Below, piece by piece: positions 30,761 to 41,164 of a DNA stretch of 64,000 bases. The stretch comes from an uncultured Hungatella sp. (GTDB lineage: Bacteria; Bacillota; Clostridia; Lachnospirales; Lachnospiraceae). The position numbers and the translations under genes are program-made. Where the stretch lies: NCBI GenBank assembly GCA_947089145.1, contig CAMUJH010000015.1, positions 1,805-65,804 of the forward strand, given 5' to 3'. Within the stretch, counting starts at the first letter, position 1; the number at the start of each line of letters is the position of its first letter. The notes beneath the pieces are model-generated. The model made no database searches. It was not told the origin of the DNA and saw only the letters and a list, made by a program, of their open reading frames with translations.

Positions 30761-31345
30761 ATGTGGTGCGCAGTGCATGTAAGAGGAGGCAGTGAAGAGC
30801 GCATAGAGGACTTTATTGTAGGCCTTCTTTCGGAAAGCATGAAGGTGCGGTGCTTTCACCTGATTAGGAGAAGGCGGAAAAAGTATGAAGGACAATGGCA
30901 TACAGTGTATGAGGATTTATTCCCGGGATATGTTTTTATCGATACGGATCAGCCCGACAGGGTGTACAAAGAACTAAAGAAAGCGTCAAGGCCAAGGCTG
31001 CTGTTCAGCGACGATGAATATGTGTCTACGCTGGAAAAGCATGAATCTGATCTGATGGAGAAACTTGCGGACAGAAATGGCATGATTGGCATTTCGCGAG
31101 TGAGAATAAAAGCAGATGGAAGAATTCATTGCCTGTCCGGGCCGCTGGAGCATATGGAAGATATGGTAAGGCGAGTTAATCTCCATAAAAGAATTGCGGA
31201 GATAGAGGCAGAGATTATGGGGAGAAAGCGGATTTTGTACTTGGGGATTGATGTTGAGGCGGATGATAGGAAGAGAACTGAAGCCGGTTATAAACGGTGC
31301 CAAAATACTAAAAGTATTGCGGAGTGCGTTGAGATGCACATATGA
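30761..31345 (+). CDS. loaP: NusG paralogue antiterminator (LoaP-like)
   Basis: MW.AVHV.GG.E...LFPGYVFI...GPL......RVNLHKRIA; heads a polysaccharide operon. Confidence 0.82.
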   Translation: MWCAVHVRGGSEERIEDFIVGLLSESMKVRCFHLIRRRRKKYEGQWHTVYEDLFPGYVFIDTDQPDRVYKELKKASRPRLLFSDDEYVSTLEKHESDLMEKLADRNGMIGISRVRIKADGRIHCLSGPLEHMEDMVRRVNLHKRIAEIEAEIMGRKRILYLGIDVEADDRKRTEAGYKRCQNTKSIAECVEMHI

Positions 31346-31355
31346 GAGGAATAAA

Positions 31356-32708
31356 ATGAAGAAACGTATTATTGATTTTAGCCCGCCGGATATTTCGATG
31401 TGGGAGATCCATGAAGTTGAGAAAGTTCTTCGTTCTGGATGGATAACTACAGGGCCGAAAACAAAAATATTAGAATGCCGTCTTGCTGCCTATATTGAGA
31501 CAGGCAAGATAAATATTGATTGCAGTACAAGCAATGGGGAGACTGAGTACAGCAACCGTGTTATTTGCCTGAATTCTGCGACGGCTGCGGAAGAGTTGAA
31601 TCTTCGCATACTTGGAGTAGGCCCTGGCGATGAAGTTATTGTTCCGGCCTATACATATACTGCCACTGCATCTGCCGTAATTCACTGTGGGGCTAAAGTT
31701 GTGTTCGTGGATATCCAGAAAGATGGCGATTCCATAACTCACATGCCTGAAATGGATTACGAGGCACTTGAAGAGGCTATTACACCGAAGACAAAAGCAG
31801 TCGTGACTGTAGATCTTGGGGGAATTGTTTGTGATTACGATAGAATTTTTGAGATCGTGGAGAGGAAGAAGAGTCTTTTTACTCCTCTTAGATCTGGCAG
31901 TACTCCGCTAGATAATTTAGCTTCTCGTATACAGCATGCTATTGGGCGTATCGCCATTATTGCAGATTGCGCTCATAGTCTTGGCGCAAGCCGGATTGTA
32001 TCACAAACCGGTACAGAAAAGATGGCATATCCGAAATGTAAATATTGCGGGGCGATAGCAGATTTCACAGATTTCAGCTTTCATGCGGTAAAGAACTTTA
32101 CTACTGCAGAAGGCGGAGCTTCTACGTGGCTGCCGCTTGCAGATATTGATAATGCGGAAATTTATAAAATGTATCAGTTACTCTCCCTTCATGGTCAGGA
32201 TAAAAGCGCTCTTGCAAAAACAAAGTCCGGCTCTTGGGAATATGACATTATTGGCCCCTGGTACAAGTGTAATATGACTGACATTATGGCATCAATTGGC
32301 CTTGGTCAGTTGGATCGCTATTTAGGATTTTTAGACAGAAGAAAAGAAATGATTGGCAGATACGATATAATGTGTGATCAATTGGGTATAAAGCATTTGA
32401 TTCACTATACGGAAAGAATTACTTCTTCAGGACATCTTTATTTGACAAGAATTCCGGGAGCAAGCGATGAAATCAGGAGAGAAATCATTATCAAGCTTGC
32501 AGAACGTGGTATTAGTACCAATGTACATTATAAACCGCTTCCAATGATGAGTGCATATAAAGAAATGGGATGGGATATAAAGGACTTCCCAAATACCTAC
32601 GACTATTACAAAAATCTAATAACGCTGCCGCTTCATACAAAATTGACGGATGAAGACATGGAATATGTAATCAGTAATTATAAAGAAGTGGTCAGTGAAT
32701 ATATTTAA
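31356..32708 (+). CDS. DegT/DnrJ PLP aminotransferase (4-amino-6-deoxy sugar, AAT-Gal type)
   Basis: FSPPDI, GWITTGPKT, LNSAT, DCAHSLGA, FSFHAVKNFTTAEGG, NVHYKPLP. Confidence 0.9.
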   Translation: MKKRIIDFSPPDISMWEIHEVEKVLRSGWITTGPKTKILECRLAAYIETGKINIDCSTSNGETEYSNRVICLNSATAAEELNLRILGVGPGDEVIVPAYTYTATASAVIHCGAKVVFVDIQKDGDSITHMPEMDYEALEEAITPKTKAVVTVDLGGIVCDYDRIFEIVERKKSLFTPLRSGSTPLDNLASRIQHAIGRIAIIADCAHSLGASRIVSQTGTEKMAYPKCKYCGAIADFTDFSFHAVKNFTTAEGGASTWLPLADIDNAEIYKMYQLLSLHGQDKSALAKTKSGSWEYDIIGPWYKCNMTDIMASIGLGQLDRYLGFLDRRKEMIGRYDIMCDQLGIKHLIHYTERITSSGHLYLTRIPGASDEIRREIIIKLAERGISTNVHYKPLPMMSAYKEMGWDIKDFPNTYDYYKNLITLPLHTKLTDEDMEYVISNYKEVVSEYI

Positions 32709-32725
32709 TGGAAAGGTAACAGCAA

Positions 32726-33424
32726 ATGAAGCTTCGGGAATGGGATTATTTGCCTGCCTTTATGAAATGTGATGAAGTAAGAGAATACTACGATATACTG
32801 GAGAAGAGAAAGGGAGCATTAGCACTTAAGAGAATATTTGATGTAGCTGCTGCTTGTATTATGCTTGTAATTTTAGCAGTTCCAATGTTAATTATTGCAA
32901 TAATAATCAAGCTGGATTCTCCAGGAGCAGTTTTTTACCGTCAGGAGCGCATTACAGCATACGGGAAAAGATTTAGAATTCATAAATTTCGGACAATGGT
33001 GAATAATGCTGAAAAGAATGGAACCAATGTTACAGCTGAAGGAGATAAAAGAATCACTAAGGTTGGAAGAAAACTTCGCAGATTTCGTATTGATGAGATT
33101 CCTCAGTTGATAGATGTAATTGCAGGCAACATGAGTTTTGTAGGAACAAGGCCGGAAGTTGCGAAATACGTGGGTTTCTATAGTAACGAAATGTATGCAA
33201 CTCTGCTTCTTCCAGCGGGAATCACATCAGAAGCATCCATTCGCTATAAGGATGAAGGCAGACTTTTGAATGTAGCAGAAGATGTGGACAGTGTATATAT
33301 TAAGAAGATTCTTCCAGAAAAGATGAAGTGGAATCTTGAATCAATTCGCCAATTCCGATTTTTAAGAGATATTCTGACTATATTTAGGACAATATTTGCG
33401 GTACTGGGAAAGGACTATGAGTAA
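32726..33424 (+). CDS. Initiating phosphoglycosyl transferase (bacterial sugar transferase)
   Basis: KRIFD, FYRQER, KFRTM, DEIPQL, MSFVGTRPE. Confidence 0.92.
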   Translation: MKLREWDYLPAFMKCDEVREYYDILEKRKGALALKRIFDVAAACIMLVILAVPMLIIAIIIKLDSPGAVFYRQERITAYGKRFRIHKFRTMVNNAEKNGTNVTAEGDKRITKVGRKLRRFRIDEIPQLIDVIAGNMSFVGTRPEVAKYVGFYSNEMYATLLLPAGITSEASIRYKDEGRLLNVAEDVDSVYIKKILPEKMKWNLESIRQFRFLRDILTIFRTIFAVLGKDYE

Positions 33425-33435
33425 GGAGAGTTTTA

Positions 33436-34434
33436 ATGTTCAGGATAGCACAAAAGGTAACATTTGGGGTCATTGCGTATAATGAACATAGATATTTGCC
33501 GGACTTATTGGATGATCTTCTCAAACAGACATATCCAAAAGAGAATATTGAACTGATAATGGTAGATGGAGGTTCCTCTGATGGAACTTGGCAGATCATG
33601 GAGAATTTTCGGGAAAAATACCAAACGGAGTATAGTGAGATAAAATTGCTTTATAATCCAAAAAAGGTACAGCCGGCAGGATGGAATATAGTTATTTGCC
33701 ATATGACAGGCGATATACTTCTTCGTATCGATGCTCATGCAAGATTGCCGGAGGATTTTATAGAAAAAAATGTAGCTTGCATAAATTCAGGGGAGTCAGT
33801 TTGTGGGGGACCTAGAGAAAATATTATAGATGAGAAAACAAATTGGAAGAGTATGCTGCTTTGTGCGGAACGATCAATGTTTGGAGCAGGAATAGCATAT
33901 TACAGAAAAGGAACAGAAAAAAGGAAGAATGTTAATTCTGTATTTCACGGAGCATACAGAAAAGAAGTTTTTGATAAAGCGGGGTTTTTCAATGAAGGGT
34001 TAGTTCGTACAGAAGACAATGAGTTCCACTATAGGATTAGAAAATGTGGTTATATGATTTGTTATAATCCAGTAATTAAATCTTACTATCATACAAGAAA
34101 CTCATTGAGAGGGATGATAAAGCAAAAGTTTCTGAATGGATTTTGGATAGGGAAAACACTCTTTATTTGTCCTGGCTGCATTTCTTTTTTTCATTTGGTA
34201 CCATTTGGATTTGTGTTAGCTATTCTGCTGTCAACGCTTATAATTTATTTTGGGATTACTTGGCCGGCAAAGGTTCTCTGGGCTTCATATGGAATCGTAA
34301 ATTTGTTAATATCAACTGCAATAATTATGGAAACTAGGGATAAGAATATTTACTATATAGCTTTACCTATAATCTTTCTATTACTTCATACTGGCTATGG
34401 AATTGGAACAATTTTGGGTATATTAAAGAGATAA
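33436..34434 (+). CDS. GT2 glycosyltransferase with C-terminal TM helices
   Basis: AYNE, VDGGSSDGT, RIDAH, RTEDNE. Confidence 0.88.
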   Translation: MFRIAQKVTFGVIAYNEHRYLPDLLDDLLKQTYPKENIELIMVDGGSSDGTWQIMENFREKYQTEYSEIKLLYNPKKVQPAGWNIVICHMTGDILLRIDAHARLPEDFIEKNVACINSGESVCGGPRENIIDEKTNWKSMLLCAERSMFGAGIAYYRKGTEKRKNVNSVFHGAYRKEVFDKAGFFNEGLVRTEDNEFHYRIRKCGYMICYNPVIKSYYHTRNSLRGMIKQKFLNGFWIGKTLFICPGCISFFHLVPFGFVLAILLSTLIIYFGITWPAKVLWASYGIVNLLISTAIIMETRDKNIYYIALPIIFLLLHTGYGIGTILGILKR

Positions 34435-34447
34435 CCAGAGGGAATTT

Positions 34448-35554
34448 ATGATCCGAATATTACACTTTGTTTCAAGCATAAATATTAATAGCGGTGTTAT
34501 GTCATTGTTAATGAATTATTATAGAAATGTAGACAGGAATGTTATACAGTTTGACTTTATATATTTTATAAAAGATGGTTCTTATAGTTTTCAAGATGAA
34601 ATTGAAAAGAAGGGGGGCAGATGTTTTTTTGTTGCTTCTCCAAGCCGGAATCCGTTGAGATTTGAAATAGATGTCCATCAAATTTATATACAGTTTAAAG
34701 AAGAGTACTATGCAATACATATTCATGATATATTTATGCCGTTTTTCTTATGGGACTGCAAGTGTAAAACAGCAGCAAAGAAAGTTATTGTTCATGCGCA
34801 TTTAACAGTATATGGATATTCTTCTTTAAAAAGTATTAGAAACCGTATACTATCAATACCCAAATATTTGATAGCTGACGAATTTTGGGCGTGTTCAAAA
34901 GATGCTGGAATTGCTCTTTTCGGAAAAGGGATGTTTAAGAAAAAAGGTAGAGTCATAAACAATGCAATATCATTAGAAAAATTTGTATTTAACGCAGGAA
35001 TAAGAAAGCGAGTAAGAAAGGAACTAGATATTGAGGATGACTTTGTAGTTGGACATGTTGGATGGTTTAATCCACAAAAAAATCATAGATTTTTAATCGA
35101 AGTATTTGAGAATATAAGGAAGAAAATACCTAATGCAAAGTTAATTCTAATAGGAGAAGGGTTAGAAAAAAAGTCAATTGAGGGTTTATGTAGAGAGAAG
35201 GGGATTAAGGAAAAAGTTCTTTTTCTTGGAGTAAGAGAGGATGTTAATATTATAATGAATGCATTTGATGTATTTTGCTTTCCTTCAAAATATGAAGGAC
35301 TCGGGATAGCACTTATAGAAGCACAGGCAATAGGAATTCCATGTGTATATTCAGATAGGGTACCAACAGAGGCGAACATTTTGAGACAACAAAATAAAAT
35401 TATTAGTGTAAATGCATCTGCGGAAGAATGGGGGAGGGAAATTAATAATATTAAAAAAATATATAGTCATCCACATAAGGAACTAAAAATATCAGGATTT
35501 GACATTAAGACTGAAGCAAAAAAAATTGTTGGATACTATCTACAAAGGAATTGA
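34448..35554 (+). CDS. GT4 (EpsF-like) glycosyltransferase
   Basis: GHVG.F.PQKNH, FPS.YEGL...EAQA.G. Confidence 0.88.
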   Translation: MIRILHFVSSININSGVMSLLMNYYRNVDRNVIQFDFIYFIKDGSYSFQDEIEKKGGRCFFVASPSRNPLRFEIDVHQIYIQFKEEYYAIHIHDIFMPFFLWDCKCKTAAKKVIVHAHLTVYGYSSLKSIRNRILSIPKYLIADEFWACSKDAGIALFGKGMFKKKGRVINNAISLEKFVFNAGIRKRVRKELDIEDDFVVGHVGWFNPQKNHRFLIEVFENIRKKIPNAKLILIGEGLEKKSIEGLCREKGIKEKVLFLGVREDVNIIMNAFDVFCFPSKYEGLGIALIEAQAIGIPCVYSDRVPTEANILRQQNKIISVNASAEEWGREINNIKKIYSHPHKELKISGFDIKTEAKKIVGYYLQRN

Positions 35555-35560
35555 TAGCAT

Positions 35561-36739
35561 ATGCATAGCAGACAAAGAAGTATAAAATTGAAGAATGCCG
35601 CCGTTTCGTCTCTGGCATTAAATATTATATTTATATTTATGAACAACAATAAATATCTTTTGCTATCTGGTTTTTATATATTCATTATTCCTTCAATAGT
35701 AATTGGAATAGCCGCTGTTTTACAAGATAATAGAATAAAGATAAATTATGGTTTCTTATGCTCCTTAATATTGTTAATATTATCAATTTGGGGAGGGATT
35801 AATGCAGGTAATGATTTGTCAACAGGCGTGCTTTTCTCATTCATTTTAATTTTTACGGAAGTACTAATTCTATATTCTTTAAATATCAATCGCTATGATA
35901 TAAACATGCTATTGAATAGTATAAAATATTCAGCAGTAATATTTGCTGCTTTAATGGTTATTAGTAAAGTGGACTATTGGGGTGGGGGATGGAGATATTC
36001 AGTTAAAGTAGGAAATGGTCCGATTATGGATCCGAATTATTTAGGGACACTTTTTTCGTCAGGATTTGCTATTTCTTTATATATGATTGAAAATAATAAA
36101 GATTATACGAAATTAAAAAGAATAAATATTCTAATAGGATTAATATGTCTAATATGTTTATTTTTTACCGGATCAAGAGGAGCAATGCTGGCAGCGGTAT
36201 CAGTTGTAATATTCTTTAGTGTTCAATTGATGTACAGCGAAAAGAAGTCTTTGAATAAGATGTTTAGAAATATTATATGTAATATTCTAATAATTGCTGG
36301 TATTATTTATGTAATTAAACATTTGTCTCCCAATATATTTAAGAGACTATTTGTTTTAAGTTACCTAGATCTCAGTAACTTTCGAAGAATAGAACTTTGG
36401 AAAAATGCATTTCAAGAGATAAGCAAACATTTTTTATTTGGGGTCGGCTGTATAGAGGAAATTAAATCAATTGGGGAACCAGCACATAATACTTTCCTTA
36501 GTATTTGGCTGGATTTAGGAGTAGTTGGATTTATAACTTTATTATACATGATATTCAGAACTGCTAAAAATTTGATTAAAAAGAAGAACTATACTTTATT
36601 AGGGGTATTTGTTCAGAATTTAATCACATCATTCATTATGGGATGTTCATTTCTGCTTAACTTTTGGGTAATAATAACTTTAGGCTGTTTAATGGGAATA
36701 GTAGATAATCCTGTAGAAAAATATAGTGAAATTGATTGA
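35561..36739 (+). CDS. O-antigen ligase/Wzy-like polymerase
   Basis: Multi-TM; DPNY, TGSRG, R..LW, AHNTFL. Confidence 0.8.
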   Translation: MHSRQRSIKLKNAAVSSLALNIIFIFMNNNKYLLLSGFYIFIIPSIVIGIAAVLQDNRIKINYGFLCSLILLILSIWGGINAGNDLSTGVLFSFILIFTEVLILYSLNINRYDINMLLNSIKYSAVIFAALMVISKVDYWGGGWRYSVKVGNGPIMDPNYLGTLFSSGFAISLYMIENNKDYTKLKRINILIGLICLICLFFTGSRGAMLAAVSVVIFFSVQLMYSEKKSLNKMFRNIICNILIIAGIIYVIKHLSPNIFKRLFVLSYLDLSNFRRIELWKNAFQEISKHFLFGVGCIEEIKSIGEPAHNTFLSIWLDLGVVGFITLLYMIFRTAKNLIKKKNYTLLGVFVQNLITSFIMGCSFLLNFWVIITLGCLMGIVDNPVEKYSEID

Positions 36740-36742
36740 GAG

Positions 36743-38869
36743 ATGCGTATGAATCCAAAATTGAGTGTTATTGTTCCAGTATATAATGTAGAAGATTATT
36801 TAGATGAATGCCTTAGTCATATTATTAATCAGTCATATAAAAACATGGAGATAATACTGATAAATGACGGCTCTACTGATAATAGTGAAAAGATAATTAA
36901 GAAGTATCATGAATTAGACGGCAGGATTCGATATATTAAAAAGGAAAACGGGGGACTTTCTAGTGCCAGAAATGCTGGAATACATATTGCAACAGGAGAC
37001 TATATAACATTTGTAGATTCTGATGATTTTCCTGATACAAAAATGTATGAGGTATTAATACGATTAATTGAAAAGCACTCTGTCCAAATAGCCGTGTGTT
37101 CATATTATAGAAATGTTAAAGAGCTTATGCAGCATCAAGATATTTATGATATCAAAATGTCCGCAGAAGACGCTTTTTATGAGATTGCAGCGTGCGGAAA
37201 ATTTGAGGCTCATGCTTGGTCAAAGATTTATAAAAAAGAACTATTTCATGAAGTCAGATATCCTGAAGGAAGACTGTATGAGGATATTTTTACAACGTAT
37301 AAGCTTATTAAAAAATCAGGATATTTAGCATATACAAATGAAAAATTATACTTCTACAGGTTAAATAATAGTAGCATAACAAACAGAACATATAATAAAA
37401 ATGACATAGATCTTGTATACAGTTCTGAAGAGTATCTCAATTTCTTAATTGATAACCATTTTTATGAAGCAGCGCAAAAGCAAAGGGATTCTTTAACAAG
37501 AAATGCAATAGCTTTAATTAAAAAAATGTTTAAGGCAAAGAAATTTTATTCGGAACAAGTAAAATATTTAACAAATATTATTCGCAGCGGCTATCCAAAT
37601 TATTTGAAAAGTCAATTTAAATTGGGTAGTAAATTTTTTGGAGTTGGCTTAATTATATTGCCGGAATATTTTTATTACATTCTCGACTCTTTAAGGGAAG
37701 ATAAAATGATAGAACTGCTAAAAAACTTACTATTTATTATGTATAATTTGCCATTCTCTATTTTATGCTGGTTTTTTGCAACTTACGGAAAGAAGATAGA
37801 TGCAGTTTTTGTTAATTGTTTCGATGGAAAAAGCCTGGGCGATAATCCGAAATCAATAATGAAAGCCGTATATAATAGAGATTTAGATGTAAAATTCTAT
37901 TGGCTTGATGTTTCAGGAAAAAAGGCAGAAAATAAAATTCAATATATTCGTCCTAATTCAATGAAAAGCCTATATTATATGTCTGTAAGTAAAATATGGA
38001 TATCAAATGTAAGGATGCCTTTTTATAGCTACAAAAGTATTGATACAACATATATTCATACTTGGCATGCCGGGATTGCAATAAAAAAAGTTGAAGCGGA
38101 ATGTCCGGAAAAGCTTTCTGGCCGATATATTATGCAGGCCAAGCATGATTCTAAAATGATTGACTACATTATTTCGGAATGCGATGATAATACATATTTA
38201 TATGAAAATTATTTTTGGCTTGATAAAGTAAATATTTTAAAAATTGGTGCACCTAGAAATGACATTTTTTTTGGCGAAAATGAGGATTTAAAGAGGGAGA
38301 TACGACATAAATTTTCTATTCAAGGTAAAAAAGTTGTATTGTATGCACCTACATTTAGAAATTCCACAGATACTGCATTGTATAATTTAGACTTTAATTT
38401 AATTTTAAAAAGCTTTCACAAAAAATTTGGCGGTGAATGGATAGCAATGATTCGGTTACACCCGCGGTATATGAATAAATTAAATTTAGGGAGTAATGAT
38501 CTATGCATAGATGTTACAGGTTATCCAGATATACAGGAATTACTTGTTCTGGCCGACATATTAATTACGGATTATTCAAGCATTAGTATGGATTTTGTAT
38601 TGACTAGGCGTCCGGTATTTATCTATTTCAAGGATTTTGAACAATATAAAATCGAACGAGGTTTTCACATTGATCTTATGCACACTCCATTTTTAATTGC
38701 CGAAAATGATATGCAGCTTGAAAAAAATATAATGGAATTTGACTATAATAAGTACAAGAAAGAAGTGGATATTTTTTTAAAACGGTTTGGTTACTATGAT
38801 GATGGACATGCATCTGTTAAAGTAGCTGAGTTAATCTGTAGAAAACTTAGAAAAGGTGATCATATTTGA
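36743..38869 (+). CDS. GT2 + CDP-glycerol/ribitol phosphotransferase (TagF/TagB-like) fusion
   Basis: SVIVPVYN, FVDSDD; then GDNPK, TWH, PRND, LYAPTFR, HP, LITDYSS. Confidence 0.88.
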   Translation: MRMNPKLSVIVPVYNVEDYLDECLSHIINQSYKNMEIILINDGSTDNSEKIIKKYHELDGRIRYIKKENGGLSSARNAGIHIATGDYITFVDSDDFPDTKMYEVLIRLIEKHSVQIAVCSYYRNVKELMQHQDIYDIKMSAEDAFYEIAACGKFEAHAWSKIYKKELFHEVRYPEGRLYEDIFTTYKLIKKSGYLAYTNEKLYFYRLNNSSITNRTYNKNDIDLVYSSEEYLNFLIDNHFYEAAQKQRDSLTRNAIALIKKMFKAKKFYSEQVKYLTNIIRSGYPNYLKSQFKLGSKFFGVGLIILPEYFYYILDSLREDKMIELLKNLLFIMYNLPFSILCWFFATYGKKIDAVFVNCFDGKSLGDNPKSIMKAVYNRDLDVKFYWLDVSGKKAENKIQYIRPNSMKSLYYMSVSKIWISNVRMPFYSYKSIDTTYIHTWHAGIAIKKVEAECPEKLSGRYIMQAKHDSKMIDYIISECDDNTYLYENYFWLDKVNILKIGAPRNDIFFGENEDLKREIRHKFSIQGKKVVLYAPTFRNSTDTALYNLDFNLILKSFHKKFGGEWIAMIRLHPRYMNKLNLGSNDLCIDVTGYPDIQELLVLADILITDYSSISMDFVLTRRPVFIYFKDFEQYKIERGFHIDLMHTPFLIAENDMQLEKNIMEFDYNKYKKEVDIFLKRFGYYDDGHASVKVAELICRKLRKGDHI

Positions 38870-40281
38870 ATAGGTATAAAGATCTTATAAAAAATATTGG
38901 TGTACTGACCATTGGATCTTTTAGTACAAAAATACTAGCTTTTCTTCTGGTCCCCTTTTATACTAATATACTTACTACACAAGAATACGGTATATATGAT
39001 TTAATTAATACAATCATAACATTATTGCTTCCGATTGTAACATTGAATATTGCTGAAAGCGTACTAAGATTTTCGATGGGGACTGATGATACAGAAAAGA
39101 AAAAAGTTTTTACAATTGGGACAGAAAGTACTCTTTGGGGGATAATAATAGCAGCTGGCATATTGTTACTCAATAGTATGATGTTTAAAAATAATTTGAT
39201 TGAGGAATATACAATATTTATTTTTTCTTTATTTGCGCTGCAGGCCATTGTTCAAATATTGGTTTCCTTTGCAAGAGGGAACAATGATATTTCTGGTGTT
39301 GCTGTCGGAGGAGTGATTTCATCATTAATAATAATCCTTTTAAATATTATACTTTTAGGCGTTTACAGGCTAGGTTTGAGGGGATATTTTATGTCCACAA
39401 TTATCGGATATGCAGCAATATGCATTTTCTATAGTATACGGCTAAAGATATGGAATTATATTTGCCTTTTCGGGAAAGATATTATCTTTCTAAGAAAAAT
39501 GAGACAATATTGTATCCCGCTCATTTTTAACAACATAGGGTGGTGGGTTAATAATGCATCAGATAGATTTGTAGTAACTTGGATATGTGGAGTAGATGAA
39601 AATGGCATTTATTCTATTGCATATAAAATTCCGGCTGTATTAACAGCATTTCAAACTGTTTTTAATCAGGCATGGCTGGTATCATCAGTACAAGAGTTTG
39701 ATAGAGACGATAGAAATGGTTTTTTTAAAACTGTATATTCCTACTCAAACTGCATTTCTTGTTGTATTTGCTTTTTGCTGTTAGTTTTTGTAAAGCCAAT
39801 AGCTGGAATTATGTTTTCTAAAGAGTTTTATGAAGGATGGATATATTCACCTTTACTTACAATAGCAGTTGTTTTTGGAACCCTGTCTGGAATGCTGGGA
39901 GGAATATATAATTCAGCAAATAAGACAAAAATCGTCGGATATTCTACATGCATAGGTGCAGTAATAAATATAATATTGAATATTATTCTTGTTTGTCATA
40001 TTGGAGCAATGGGAGCGGCTGTGGCAACAGTAATATCCGGAATTGCTGTGTGGATAATCAGACTGATATATATTCGGGATGTAATGAATATTAAAATTAA
40101 ATATATCAGAGATCTTTTAGCATATATCATTTTGTTTGGACAAACGGCGTTATTATTCTTAATAGATAATAATTGGTTTTATTTCATGTTATCCGGACTT
40201 TTATTTCTAATTATTCTTTCCCTATTTGCGGATGAGTTAAAACATATAAAAAATAAAGGCAGGAATGGAGATGAAATATGA
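38866..40281 (+). CDS. Wzx-type flippase
   Basis: Many TM helices; FLLVPFYT.IL...YG, DRF, GIYSIAYK. Confidence 0.85.
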   Translation: MNRYKDLIKNIGVLTIGSFSTKILAFLLVPFYTNILTTQEYGIYDLINTIITLLLPIVTLNIAESVLRFSMGTDDTEKKKVFTIGTESTLWGIIIAAGILLLNSMMFKNNLIEEYTIFIFSLFALQAIVQILVSFARGNNDISGVAVGGVISSLIIILLNIILLGVYRLGLRGYFMSTIIGYAAICIFYSIRLKIWNYICLFGKDIIFLRKMRQYCIPLIFNNIGWWVNNASDRFVVTWICGVDENGIYSIAYKIPAVLTAFQTVFNQAWLVSSVQEFDRDDRNGFFKTVYSYSNCISCCICFLLLVFVKPIAGIMFSKEFYEGWIYSPLLTIAVVFGTLSGMLGGIYNSANKTKIVGYSTCIGAVINIILNIILVCHIGAMGAAVATVISGIAVWIIRLIYIRDVMNIKIKYIRDLLAYIILFGQTALLFLIDNNWFYFMLSGLLFLIILSLFADELKHIKNKGRNGDEI

Positions 40282-41108
40282 ACAATGTTATGAAAACGAT
40301 AACAATTAAAGATATGAAGGAAATAGAGATTTCTTTAATGAAAATAATACATAAGATATGTGAGGAAAATCATTTGTATTACTTTCTGGCTTATGGAAGC
40401 TGCATAGGGGCAGTTAGGCATGGAGGCTTTATTCCTTGGGATGACGATATCGATATTATTATGCCTTATCCAGATTACAGGAAGCTTTTAGCATTACTTT
40501 CAAGTCATACGGGAAGATATCAAATTATTTCAATGGATAATGATAACCAATATAAATATCCTTACGCAAAGTTTATTGATAAAGGTACAATATTAGAAGA
40601 AAGTGAGATTAATGATTCAAAAATTAGTGTCTATATTGATATTTTTCCATTATGCGGACTTCCTAATAATGCAATAAAAAGAATAATTTTTTTTAATATT
40701 ATAAATTGTAATGAATACTTTGCAATAGTGGCCAGGAAAAAGAAAGTAACTGGAAAATCACTGAAAAAAAGGATTATTCAGTATTTGCTATGGCCAATAT
40801 CAAACCTTTTAGGGACAAATTGGTTTAATTTGTTTTGTGTAAAGAGAATGGGAAAATATAAGTATGAAGATTCCCGATATGTTGCGGTATTTCCTCCTAA
40901 TTATGGGAAAAAAGAAATATATAAGAAAAGCCTTTTTAATGAAAGGATATTAATGCCTTTTGAGAATTCATATTTTTATATTCCAAAAGAATATGATACA
41001 TATTTACGTCAGGTGTATGGAGATTATAGAAAACTACCCCCAACTGAAGAACAGGTAACTCACCATACATATACAGTTTTGATTGATGAGAAATATTGGG
41101 ATAGCTGA
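40278..41108 (+). CDS. licD: LicD family phosphotransferase
   Basis: GSCIGAVRHGGFIPWDDDIDI, IDIFP, YGDY..LPP. Confidence 0.88.
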   Translation: MNNVMKTITIKDMKEIEISLMKIIHKICEENHLYYFLAYGSCIGAVRHGGFIPWDDDIDIIMPYPDYRKLLALLSSHTGRYQIISMDNDNQYKYPYAKFIDKGTILEESEINDSKISVYIDIFPLCGLPNNAIKRIIFFNIINCNEYFAIVARKKKVTGKSLKKRIIQYLLWPISNLLGTNWFNLFCVKRMGKYKYEDSRYVAVFPPNYGKKEIYKKSLFNERILMPFENSYFYIPKEYDTYLRQVYGDYRKLPPTEEQVTHHTYTVLIDEKYWDS

Positions 41109-41164
41109 AAGATCTATTCATAAATAAGTGTATTATAGTATATAGATTTGAGGAGATAATTATT

